64,000 nucleotides of DNA, from the IMG/VR virus record IMGVR_UViG_3300005253_000004, positions 1 to 64,000 of that record, one strand, 5' to 3'. Positions 47,451 to 55,776 of this stretch are shown one piece after another; position 1 is the first letter of the stretch, and each line of letters opens with the position of its first letter. A program made the position numbers and the translations under genes. This DNA is from a virus. Under the pieces are notes generated by a model. The model was not told the DNA's origin. It ran no database searches and saw only the letters and a program-made list of their open reading frames with translations.

Positions 47451-48161
47451 CTACTCCAATGGGCTATTTAGGACCCGAATCTCCTCCTTCTGCTTGTAGC
47501 ATAGGGCTATAGCCAGGGATGCCATCTCTCGCAGGGCCCTGTAGAAGCCATCAACCATGGTGTATTGAGCCTGTGCCTTGTATGAGGCGTGGCGGGCCTC
47601 AGTCACCTCATCCTGTATAGAGATATGCTCTCGGATGCCAGCCTCCGTGATCTTCAGCTTGTTCTGAGCAGCTTCGACCCTAAGTGCCTGTGCCACCTCA
47701 GCTTCTAGCACCTCCACATCGTTCTTCTTACGAGAGGTGTAGGCATGGCACTCGGCGGCTACTTCAGCGTAACGTGCAATACGCTTAGGTAACGCGCACA
47801 TGTCCTTGTTAAGGGTTTCATCGCTGAGAGCTAGGTCGCTGTCGATGTCTAGCTCCACTGCATTAGCGACCCACTGCCCGTCTTCTAAGTATTCTACTGT
47901 TACTTCAACCATTGAATTCTCCTTCAGTTGTGGATCAGAGGGTATAAAGACAACACAAGAATTGGGTAGTCTATCGTCCACTGTAATAGGAATCCCTTCA
48001 AAGGTACAGTCTGAGTTAATACCACCTACAGTTACCCCTATTGTTTCTTCGATCTCTTTACCAAGAGTCTCAGACACTACAATCTGGCTGAACTCCTGTT
48101 TTGGGTGGACTCGACACCACACCACTTGTTTTACATTACGAATCTTATCTTCCCAATTCAT
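47451..48161 (-). CDS. UvsY-like recombination mediator (internal start 47912) in frame with an N-terminal 83-aa domain
   Basis: Helical C-terminal part with KITEAGI..I..DE; AAGGAG RBS before ATG 47912 and GAGGAG before ATG 48161. Confidence 0.6.
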   Translation of the reverse strand: MNWEDKIRNVKQVVWCRVHPKQEFSQIVVSETLGKEIEETIGVTVGGINSDCTFEGIPITVDDRLPNSCVVFIPSDPQLKENSMVEVTVEYLEDGQWVANAVELDIDSDLALSDETLNKDMCALPKRIARYAEVAAECHAYTSRKKNDVEVLEAEVAQALRVEAAQNKLKITEAGIREHISIQDEVTEARHASYKAQAQYTMVDGFYRALREMASLAIALCYKQKEEIRVLNSPLE

Positions 48162-48171
48162 TTACTTCTCC

Positions 48172-48285
48172 TCATTTAGCGTTTAGCTCGGCCTCAGACC
48201 AGCTTTCCCCAACACCTACTTTCATGGTAAACCGCCAGTTGTTTAGCTGGGGTACGGGGCGGCTCGCTATCTCGCGTAACTTATC
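48172..48285 (-). pseudogene. Orphan duplicate of the last 37 codons of the DNA polymerase gene
   Basis: DKLREIASRPVPQLNNWRFTMKVGVGESWSEAELNAK* versus polymerase end 48510-48623; preceded by in-frame TAA. Confidence 0.9.
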
Positions 48286-48295
48286 TTACCATGCC

Positions 48296-48520
48296 TTATC
48301 CGTAGCAGGGGTAGCACCTACTCCCCCCTGTCTCCTGTCCACAGTGGTAGCAGGTAGGAACACGATTCTCGTATTCTTTATGGATCTCTTCCCATCTATG
48401 CTTCAGTAAATCTTGCTGCCATTGTGGTAGTTTGTGGAACTCATTACATGCTCTCTCCACACCAGCCCAGAAGTCCCTGCTCTTCTTCGTACTCATGTCA
48501 CGCTTCAACTTACTTCGCAT
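48296..48520 (-). CDS. Small Zn-finger hypothetical protein
   Basis: 74 aa; FWAGVE..LPQWQ, CYHCG..CYPC. Confidence 0.7.
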   Translation of the reverse strand: MRSKLKRDMSTKKSRDFWAGVERACNEFHKLPQWQQDLLKHRWEEIHKEYENRVPTCYHCGQETGGSRCYPCYG

Positions 48521-51077
48521 TGAGTTCGGCCTCCGACCAACTCTGCCCGATACCCACCTTCATGGTGAAGCACCAGTCATTTAGCTGGGGTACAGGGCGG
48601 CTCGCTATCTCACGTAGCTTATCCTCGAACCAGCCCAGGTGTTCGTTCTTCACCTCAAACAACCCGGAGTCATGCACCGTGATGATGAGGGCCGCTTCCT
48701 CTTCCGTCATGACGCCCGCCTTGATCTGCTCCTCAAGGTATACGTTCATGGCGTTGAGGGTACGGATGGTGACACTTGCGGCCGGTGACTGGATGGTGCC
48801 GTTCACCGCCTGTCGTTCAGCGTTCTCCCTCGCCCACTTATTGCCTGAGTTGAGGGTGCTGCCCATGTGCTTAACCCTACCGAACGGAGTGATGTGGATA
48901 CCAGCGTTGGCTGAGATCTCAGACACCGTGTTGATGAAGTACGTACCCGCAGCAGGGAACCGTTCGTCCAGCGCAGCGTACCCAGCCTGTATCATCTCCT
49001 TCGTCACAGGCCATTCGTTTCCTTCCAAGTCCATCCACGTCAGCTTCAACAGTGAGCGTCCTTCCACCGCACCGTACACCCTACTGAAGTTGACGGGCTT
49101 GGCGAGGTCACGGTTGTGAGCACAGACCTCATGATCCTCAAGCCCCACGAACTGAGCAGCCGTGGCCTTATGGATGTCCTGGCCTGACCGGAAGATCTCC
49201 ATCATGTTCTCGTCACCTGACTTGATGGCAAGGACGACCAGCTCGATCATGCTGTAGTCACCATACACAAGACTGTACCCTTCTTGGGCTATGAACATGT
49301 CCCTCAGGTTGCCCAAGCCTTTCTTGATACGCTCCCGATCAAGGCGAGGGATCTGGTGAAGGAAACCACACGAAGGCCGACCATTAACAGTACCATGCAG
49401 CAGCACACTGATCCTAGCTCTACCATCCGTAGCCCCGCTCATATCCTTGGCGTTGTTCATGTAGGTGCTGATCAACTTGGTGAGCGAGCGGTACCTCATG
49501 AACTCCTCCACTATGGGGAGCTTCTTGATGAGGGGTAGTAGCTTGGACTTGTCAGTACTGTAGCCTTTGGTGGTCTTGGGGGACTCTATATCCCTACCGT
49601 ACCCAGCCTGGATGATGGCCTTGGCTACGTCATCTGACTTGTCTCCGTTGAACTCAGGCCACGTCCGTTCCTTGAGGCTGACAGACAGCGCAGCCTGCTC
49701 CTTCATGAACTCCTTGGTCAGTGTGTCGATCACATCCGTAGACAGGCAGGTGCCTCTCCACTCAGCCTTCATCATGGTGCGGATGAAGGGATGCACCTCA
49801 TCCGTGTAGAGCTTCCACTGCTCCGGTAGCGCCTTCAGCCTGGAGTAGTACCGGCAGAACAAACGGTAGGTACTCTCAGCATCCTTGGCCCCATAGGGGT
49901 GGAGGATCTTATCAGGTACGTGGTCATAGGTGTTCCGTAGCACCCTGCCGTGGCCTGTGATGTCATGGACTCCCTTGCTGTAGTTGCCTGTGTTCAGCTC
50001 TAGGTCAGCGAGGTACTCAAGGTCATGCGGCGGGTGCTCCCAGAGGATGTGATGCATCAGCAGGGTGTCGAACAGGAAGCCCTTGGTCTCTATGCCGAGG
50101 TGTTTCCTCATCACGCACATGTCGTACTTGATGTTGTGGGCAACCTTCGGGATGTTGGGATCCTCAAAGATCTCCTTCAGCATCTCAATAACCATCTCTC
50201 TACCGTGGTGATCCCAAGTAGGCTTCAGCTTCCAGTCCGTGCCGTCCGGGTCATGGTTGTATAGCGGCAGCACCGCTACGGTACGCCTTGGTTGATCGTA
50301 CCCCCAGCAGAACTGCAAGCAGATTAGAGGTTGCTCGCTCCAAGGTAGGCCTCGTGACTCAGAGTCAAAGGCAAACATGCCTTTCTCTTTTATCTCCCCA
50401 ATCATCCAGGCCAGATCATATTTATCTTCGATCAGCTTGTAGTCCACGTCCTGCTGGTCAGGGTTAACGAGGCCACCCTCAACCACAGCCTTGGCGAGGA
50501 TCAGGTCCTTGACCATCGTGCCCTGGAGGCGAGGGTCAGGGTTCATATACAGGGCGTTAGGATCCGTCGTGACCATGAGCTTGTACACCTTGTCATTGGT
50601 GTCGTCATGAGGAAAAGCTTTCTCAATGATCTTCCCATGCAGCTTATTGACCCCACCCTCACCCATAAGATTAAAGGCTCTGAGGGTAGCTGCCCCCATG
50701 AGGATCACCACGTCCGGGTCGACGGCCTTCAGCTCATCGGCAAGGTGACCAGAACAAAACTTAATTTCCTGCACCGAAGGTGGGCGTTTTGGAGGACAGC
50801 ATTTTACCAATCCTGTCACGTAGACATCGCTGAGGGCTATGGTTGCGAGGTCCAAAAGCTCACCAAGCTTCTCGACGTTCCGCCCTTTACCTATAGTAAT
50901 GGTGTCCTTATTGTCCGGAGCCTTGACAACGACCATTATCTTGGTCTTAGAAGGGGGCTCAGGCTTTGCTGACGGCACCGTGTCGCATCTTCCTCCACTA
51001 CACTGGACCCACTTAGTCAACTCGCCCAATTTACAGGCTGGAGAGCCGCCTAGGGCTTTCTTACAGCTTTCTGTCAT
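48510..51077 (-). CDS. polA: Family A DNA polymerase with N-terminal degenerate family-4 UDG domain and 3'-5' exonuclease
   Basis: UDG-like VKCCPP..EI..C..L..E; Exo FDSE, HNIKYD, YGAKD; Pol GR, DYS.IE, R..AK..NF..YG, ERQAVN..IQ, VHD. Confidence 0.93.
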   Translation of the reverse strand: MTESCKKALGGSPACKLGELTKWVQCSGGRCDTVPSAKPEPPSKTKIMVVVKAPDNKDTITIGKGRNVEKLGELLDLATIALSDVYVTGLVKCCPPKRPPSVQEIKFCSGHLADELKAVDPDVVILMGAATLRAFNLMGEGGVNKLHGKIIEKAFPHDDTNDKVYKLMVTTDPNALYMNPDPRLQGTMVKDLILAKAVVEGGLVNPDQQDVDYKLIEDKYDLAWMIGEIKEKGMFAFDSESRGLPWSEQPLICLQFCWGYDQPRRTVAVLPLYNHDPDGTDWKLKPTWDHHGREMVIEMLKEIFEDPNIPKVAHNIKYDMCVMRKHLGIETKGFLFDTLLMHHILWEHPPHDLEYLADLELNTGNYSKGVHDITGHGRVLRNTYDHVPDKILHPYGAKDAESTYRLFCRYYSRLKALPEQWKLYTDEVHPFIRTMMKAEWRGTCLSTDVIDTLTKEFMKEQAALSVSLKERTWPEFNGDKSDDVAKAIIQAGYGRDIESPKTTKGYSTDKSKLLPLIKKLPIVEEFMRYRSLTKLISTYMNNAKDMSGATDGRARISVLLHGTVNGRPSCGFLHQIPRLDRERIKKGLGNLRDMFIAQEGYSLVYGDYSMIELVVLAIKSGDENMMEIFRSGQDIHKATAAQFVGLEDHEVCAHNRDLAKPVNFSRVYGAVEGRSLLKLTWMDLEGNEWPVTKEMIQAGYAALDERFPAAGTYFINTVSEISANAGIHITPFGRVKHMGSTLNSGNKWARENAERQAVNGTIQSPAASVTIRTLNAMNVYLEEQIKAGVMTEEEAALIITVHDSGLFEVKNEHLGWFEDKLREIASRPVPQLNDWCFTMKVGIGQSWSEAELNAK

Positions 51078-51660
51078 CTGATCTCTCCTTCGTTCTTACC
51101 CTGTGGCAGTTGGAGCAGATTAGGTCACACTTAGCCACCTCTTCTTCTACCTCTTTAATAGTCTCCGGAGTAGCCCGCAGTGAGCCTTTTGTACCCACTC
51201 CGAACTTCTTAGTCTCTTCAGGACGGTGGTCAAAATCCATAGCACAGAAAGGAAGCACCCCACCGCAGTCAGCACAAGGTAAACCCTCGTACTTGTTGAT
51301 TAAATAACCTTGTATGTTCCTACGTTCTTCTCTATTCTTATCATGGTGACTTACTCTGTACTGTTTGGTACAAACGTGGCAGGCGCGTCGCTTCCACTTT
51401 CCCCTAATATCCTCAAAAGAATCAAGAGGTTTCTCAGTTTTGCACACCCTACAGAGTCGTACCCCTTCATTCTGAGCTTCCTCACGGCAGGAGTCAGAGC
51501 AGTATTTCTGCTTACTGTGACTGGTCTTGTACACTACGCAGCACTGATGGCAGCGTTTTTCTAGCTTCACTGCCCTCTCCTTCTCAGTTCTAGCCAAATA
51601 TGGAGCCTCAGGAAGGGCTTCAGCAGCCACCTCACCCACTTCAGCTTCGTTATAGTCCAC
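51061..51660 (-). CDS. HNH endonuclease directly upstream of polymerase
   Basis: KYCSDSC, CRVCKTEKPL, PCADCG..MDFDH..KCDLICSNCHRVRT. Confidence 0.88.
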   Translation of the reverse strand: MDYNEAEVGEVAAEALPEAPYLARTEKERAVKLEKRCHQCCVVYKTSHSKQKYCSDSCREEAQNEGVRLCRVCKTEKPLDSFEDIRGKWKRRACHVCTKQYRVSHHDKNREERRNIQGYLINKYEGLPCADCGGVLPFCAMDFDHRPEETKKFGVGTKGSLRATPETIKEVEEEVAKCDLICSNCHRVRTKERSDDRKL

Positions 51661-51818
51661 GCTGTGCTGGCCTTAGAGGCCCGCTCATAAGTCCCTACTA
51701 CGGTCCCTGGTGTGAGCTTCCCACAATGAGGGCAACACCCGTGGCTACCCATCATCTGGTGGTACGACAGTTTCTTGTCGCACTCCATACAGAAGTATTC
51801 TTTCTTCCACCTACTCAT
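51567..51818 (-). CDS. Zn-ribbon protein (start MSRWKK)
   Basis: CMECD..CPHCG; ATGA overlap. Confidence 0.65.
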   Translation of the reverse strand: MSRWKKEYFCMECDKKLSYHQMMGSHGCCPHCGKLTPGTVVGTYERASKASTAWTITKLKWVRWLLKPFLRLHIWLELRRRGQ

Positions 51819-51988
51819 CCGCCTCTCTCCTCTGGGCAGCACCCACACCCACACTGGCATGCCTCATGGTCAGGGATTATCAGGCCACAAGTACACATAG
51901 GATCACGCTTACACTGGAGCCATTCGACACAGCGGCAGAAGTATTCCCCTGGGCTGGTGTATCTACAAGTAAGCTTAAGCTCGCTCAT
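51815..51988 (-). CDS. 57-aa Cys-rich metallothionein-like peptide (below ORF-track cutoff)
   Basis: Manual translation MSELKLTCRYTSPGEYFCRCVEWLQCKRDPMCTCGLIIPDHEACQCGCGCCPEERGG; 11 Cys; ATGA overlaps both ends. Confidence 0.65.
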   Translation of the reverse strand: MSELKLTCRYTSPGEYFCRCVEWLQCKRDPMCTCGLIIPDHEACQCGCGCCPEERGG

Positions 51989-52458
51989 CTGAGGACCGTA
52001 TCCAATAGAATATCTCTCTTCGCCACAATGAAAGAGCCGTCTTCAAACCCATAGGTCTCATCATACCTCGCCAACACGTACCCTTCAGTGTCTTGGGTTA
52101 TGATGACTCTGTAATATTCCACTGTCGTTGCACACACGTTATTATCAGCCATAGCCTGCGCCAGGACGGCCTCCTCTTCGTTCATCGGCGCCCCACCTCT
52201 CTGATAGGCTTCATGCTCAGTTATCAACCGCTGCCACAGATTGAGCTGCTTAACAGACGGAGCACCAAGGTCAGATGAAAAGCATAGCTCAGCCCCTGCT
52301 ACGATGATACCAGTGTCCTTGACGAAGGGCTTGTACTCCTGGCCCTTGACAGCAATAGGGCCTAGGATGAGAAGGCCTGAGATGAGGCCGAACAGTAAGA
52401 ACCATGACTCAAAAGATACCTTCGGTGCCCTGTGTTCTCGTAGTCTACTTCCGTTCAT
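51985..52458 (-). CDS. Membrane-anchored/exported hypothetical protein (start MNGSR)
   Basis: Hydrophobic WFLLFGLISGLLILGPIAV; GGAGG RBS. Confidence 0.7.
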   Translation of the reverse strand: MNGSRLREHRAPKVSFESWFLLFGLISGLLILGPIAVKGQEYKPFVKDTGIIVAGAELCFSSDLGAPSVKQLNLWQRLITEHEAYQRGGAPMNEEEAVLAQAMADNNVCATTVEYYRVIITQDTEGYVLARYDETYGFEDGSFIVAKRDILLDTVLR

Positions 52459-52739
52459 TTTGTTACCTCCCTTTGCGGACGCGCTATCCACTTACCGTAG
52501 TCTGTGTCCCACACCCACCGTATGTTGCGCTGAGCCTGGACATCTTCCTCTCCTCTCATGATGCCGATCTCGATGTGATGCAGCAGTATCTTCGTTTCAA
52601 CAGTGCTGAGGCTGGGGATAGGGCCGAGGGTTTCGTCAACACAATCCTCAAGCCAACATTCAACTACTTGTCGGGCGATTTCCTTGTGTCTGTCGTCTCT
52701 CTTTCTTTTTATCTCTCGCCAAGGTGTGTGACCCGCCAT
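52455..52739 (-). CDS. Hypothetical protein (start MAGHTPW)
   Basis: AAGGAG RBS; ATGA overlap. Confidence 0.65.
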   Translation of the reverse strand: MAGHTPWREIKRKRDDRHKEIARQVVECWLEDCVDETLGPIPSLSTVETKILLHHIEIGIMRGEEDVQAQRNIRWVWDTDYGKWIARPQREVTK

Positions 52740-52902
52740 AATCTTTCTCCTTTTCATCGACATAAGTAATACAGTTTTTGCAAGGTTCATGACCACATGC
52801 TTTTGCTTCAACGTACACAGCACCCTCATAATGCTGCGGCCTGCTCGGGCATCGGCCCTTCCCCGGCCAGTAGTGTCTCTTGCATTCACAACAAACTGTC
52901 AT
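52660..52902 (-). CDS. Cys-rich hypothetical protein
   Basis: CCEC..C..CGH..CKNC. Confidence 0.55.
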   Translation of the reverse strand: MTVCCECKRHYWPGKGRCPSRPQHYEGAVYVEAKACGHEPCKNCITYVDEKEKDYGGSHTLARDKKKERRQTQGNRPTSS

Positions 52903-52914
52903 TCGCTGTCCCCG

Positions 52915-53103
52915 TCAGTCATCTTCAAGTAATACCTCAAGATACGTGACCCTGTCTTTAAGTGCCCCGATCTGCTGGACAAAGAACCAACATGTATCAC
53001 AGTACGGCCCAAGAGCAGGGGTTTCCCATGTACTGTAGTGGAAGTCGTCTCCGTTTTCTACTACGATCTTCCTATTGCATACATTACAGAATAGCATCCT
53101 CAT
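52915..53103 (-). CDS. Small Zn-finger protein
   Basis: CNVC..YCDTC; ATGA overlap. Confidence 0.65.
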   Translation of the reverse strand: MRMLFCNVCNRKIVVENGDDFHYSTWETPALGPYCDTCWFFVQQIGALKDRVTYLEVLLEDD

Positions 53104-53939
53104 AGTAACTCCTTCAGCTCTTCCTTCGTGTAGTCATCCGGCTGTCCTTTGATGTGGATGACCTTACTCTGTACGCCTAGCTCCTTCAGCTTGCGCTGTG
53201 CCTTCTGTGAGGCGTACTCAGTCCCTTGATCCCACAAGAAGGTGACATGGTTGATGCGGCTGTGTACGATCTTGTTAATAACAGTATCAGACAAATGAGA
53301 TCCGAACGTCGCAGTGGCATGAATGTCACGGAGCCACATGGAGACGAAGGAGTTTTCCACCAGCACAATATCACCCCACAACCTGCACTCTTCGAAGCCT
53401 AAAAGGTAATGGGTGATGGGGTGCCCACTGGCATAACGATAAGGCTTCTCACCTGCCTTGAACCAATCCTCAGGCGGGTTCTCCTTACGCACCCTGCGTG
53501 AGTTGTACTGCACCAGCACCCCGCCCTCATACACAGGGACATAGAGGCGGGTATCATCCTGGTGGATCCGGAACTTTTGAATATGATCCCAGGTCACACC
53601 CCTGTAGGCTAGGGCATCTACTGCCGTGTCGAGGCGCTCGATAGGCTTCGCTGCCTTAGGTAGAGCTACCGGCCTGGAGACCACGGTATCAATGACAGGA
53701 GTGACAGTAAAGCCTATGTGGTCAGGTGAGTACCCCACCTTGTCGATCAGCTTATCGAGGGGCCACGTCTCCCTGCACGAGGCACTATGGCAGTACCCAA
53801 CCTGTTTCTTCACATTGAAGTAACATGAGGGGTGCCCGCACTCAGGGCAGTCGAGCTGTAGTTCAGCCCCGTTCCTTTTGTTGACGGCGAAGGCAGTCAA
53901 CATCCAGGCTGTCACATCTGCGGTGCTGTAGTCGCTCAT
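53100..53939 (-). CDS. DnaG-like primase (Zn finger + Toprim) with degenerate acidic motifs
   Basis: CPEC..YCH..C; L.YRGV; RLYVPVY..LV..SR; IVLVE, ATFG..LS, FLWD, QPDD. Confidence 0.8.
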   Translation of the reverse strand: MSDYSTADVTAWMLTAFAVNKRNGAELQLDCPECGHPSCYFNVKKQVGYCHSASCRETWPLDKLIDKVGYSPDHIGFTVTPVIDTVVSRPVALPKAAKPIERLDTAVDALAYRGVTWDHIQKFRIHQDDTRLYVPVYEGGVLVQYNSRRVRKENPPEDWFKAGEKPYRYASGHPITHYLLGFEECRLWGDIVLVENSFVSMWLRDIHATATFGSHLSDTVINKIVHSRINHVTFLWDQGTEYASQKAQRKLKELGVQSKVIHIKGQPDDYTKEELKELL

Positions 53940-54025
53940 AGCGTCAAGAGACCTCCGCAGAGCACACCTAGTTCTGCTATGATGATTAGGAGCGTTATCC
54001 AGATATCTTTCAATGTAATATTCAC
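53936..54025 (-). CDS. Short hydrophobic peptide
   Basis: Manual translation ending KDIWITLLIIIAELGVLCGGLLTL; GGAGG RBS; overlaps both neighbours. Confidence 0.45.
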   Translation of the reverse strand: MNITLKDIWITLLIIIAELGVLCGGLLTL

Positions 54026-54231
54026 ATCACACCTCCCTTAGGGGTTGGAGCCCCACCCTTAAACTTGAAGCTAGTCTTTGAAATCAATCGACGACACGGA
54101 GAGCAGCACTGCACCTCGTTGTCGTCTTGATCGGTGCCCAGCTTAGGGCATACAGTCAACGCATCCTCAGTGATCCTCTGCTCGATCTCAAACTCATGAC
54201 CAGAGTCACACCTGTAGTCATAGTACGACAT
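54022..54231 (-). CDS. FmdB-family zinc-ribbon protein
   Basis: YDYRC..GHEFE..Q.I..L..CP..RRLIS..F.FKG. Confidence 0.85.
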   Translation of the reverse strand: MSYYDYRCDSGHEFEIEQRITEDALTVCPKLGTDQDDNEVQCCSPCRRLISKTSFKFKGGAPTPKGGVM

Positions 54232-54508
54232 AGTCAGTCTCCCACTCTTCCATGTTCATAGGGGTTTCCCATGCGGTCAAGAGATAAAGCGCCATGATCC
54301 CTTCAGGTGGTGAGGCTTTACACCGCTGGCACCGCTAATATTTCCAATGCACGACCGAGCACTCACCCTTCTCAGGGTCCACCTCAAGCTGAAAACCCGC
54401 AGGGCATGCATCGTGGGTGATAAAGTGGAGCATGCCAGCTTCCCGCCGGTCTTTGAAGAGCGTCCACCCTTCTATCTCGATCAGCTTCTCGTACTTGTCG
54501 CTCATCAT
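54218..54508 (-). pseudogene. Zn-binding paralog family member interrupted by in-frame TAG (54335-54337)
   Basis: MMSDKYEKLIEIEGWTLF..ITHDAC..HWKY*RCQRCKASPPEGIMALYLLTAW..; the family motif continues past the stop. Confidence 0.75.
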
Positions 54509-54810
54509 CGTTCCTTTTGGTTCACTGTCATAGCTTCGTGCGCTTCCGCCGCAGCATCTATAAGACAGTCAGGCTCAACCTCGTGCTCATCATAGAGTTC
54601 CAGCTTGTCCAGCGGATCCAGAATGTCCTTCTCCATACCCTCATACATACAGAGAGGCCGGTGCCCTGCTGCGTTGTGCTTCTGGGCAAACAAGCGCCAC
54701 TCAAGGTCGAGGCTGGCCTTCTCTTCACGCCAAGGCTCTGTCTTCCTAACGATCCACCACTTGAGCTGCTCGAAGGCCCCTTTGAATACCCTACCCCACG
54801 CTACTCTCAT
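54505..54810 (-). CDS. Hypothetical protein
   Basis: 101 aa, GAGGAG RBS, ATGA overlap. Confidence 0.7.
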   Translation of the reverse strand: MRVAWGRVFKGAFEQLKWWIVRKTEPWREEKASLDLEWRLFAQKHNAAGHRPLCMYEGMEKDILDPLDKLELYDEHEVEPDCLIDAAAEAHEAMTVNQKER

Positions 54811-54830
54811 CGCTTCTCCTCTCCTCTCCT

Positions 54831-55247
54831 CTATCCGTCCAGCCTATAAAAATAGTACATCATTTCGATCTCACCCGGTATCACTTTCCCGCAGAGTTCA
54901 CATGCCCCGTGACTGAGTTGACATTCCACCGTCCCGTCTACCCAACCACTGTTCTTCACCATTCCAAACTCAAGGTGCTTGTGGGTAATGAAGGCACCGC
55001 TGACCATCCAATCATCTACGTAAACGTCTGCCTCATCTAGTTCAGTCACAAACAGCCCACCATGACCGAGGTACGCCAATGCGTCAAGGTGTGTCTGTGC
55101 TCCGAGGAAGGTGTCACCTTCCTTAGGCATGCTCAGGATCACTTCCCTGTAGTAAGTCTCCATGTCTGTATACTGGATGCCGTTCCATTCTATCCACATG
55201 GCGGCTCCTTTACCTGACCCGATGTAAGAAACAGAAGTCCCCCTCAT
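54831..55247 (-). CDS. Hypothetical protein with C-terminal Zn-binding family domain (start uncertain)
   Basis: DDW..ITHKH..CELCGKVIPGEIEMMY. Confidence 0.65.
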   Translation of the reverse strand: MRGTSVSYIGSGKGAAMWIEWNGIQYTDMETYYREVILSMPKEGDTFLGAQTHLDALAYLGHGGLFVTELDEADVYVDDWMVSGAFITHKHLEFGMVKNSGWVDGTVECQLSHGACELCGKVIPGEIEMMYYFYRLDG

Positions 55248-55717
55248 GCTGACCTCTCGCCAGGACATGAGGGGGGTGTGTATGTATGGCGCCATTGAAC
55301 CCTGTACATAGGGCTTCCCTTCAATGGAGCACTAATCTCCGGTCCTGAAGCTTGGGACGGCCGTCCCTGAGAAGCTCGCTCTTTAGACCTGACGGCTCCC
55401 AGCAGCGTACCACTGGAAGTAACTGATCCCCTGAAGTTGAGTGGATAGTTCCGTTGCCCAGAATACAATATCCCCTCAGGGGGGAGATAGCTGGAGTCAT
55501 GTACCGCAGTACAATTATTCCTATTCCCAACTATCTCAATAGAGAACCACTGTTCTTGTTGTAGTTCTTCATGTTGTTGTTGTTTATGTTGTTGTTTACC
55601 TTTTGGTGTGCCCTCTGGGCGTGTTGGTCTGATTGTTACCCTTTTCGAGCCAGGAGCGTGGATCTCCCAGTCTCTAGGCGAGGGTGCGTCCCGACGCGAA
55701 AACCTAAATGCGTTCAT
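55244..55717 (-). CDS. Low-complexity hypothetical protein
   Basis: GGAGG RBS, first gene after 55777 promoter; Q-rich tract; atypical composition. Confidence 0.5.
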   Translation of the reverse strand: MNAFRFSRRDAPSPRDWEIHAPGSKRVTIRPTRPEGTPKGKQQHKQQQHEELQQEQWFSIEIVGNRNNCTAVHDSSYLPPEGILYSGQRNYPLNFRGSVTSSGTLLGAVRSKERASQGRPSQASGPEISAPLKGSPMYRVQWRHTYTPPSCPGERSA

Positions 55718-55776
55718 ATCCTACCTCCCTTTGTTTGGAGCCTCCCTCCACAGGGACTCTCCCTTTCTTCTACTAC

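Noticed and set aside
48172-48623. Diversity-generating retroelement TR/VR pair
   Set aside because: Differences are mostly synonymous third-position changes and not adenine-specific, and no reverse transcriptase is present
48510-51077. Calling the polymerase DpoZ (Z-genome phage)
   Set aside because: No purZ or datZ recognised in the window, and I cannot assign the clade by eye
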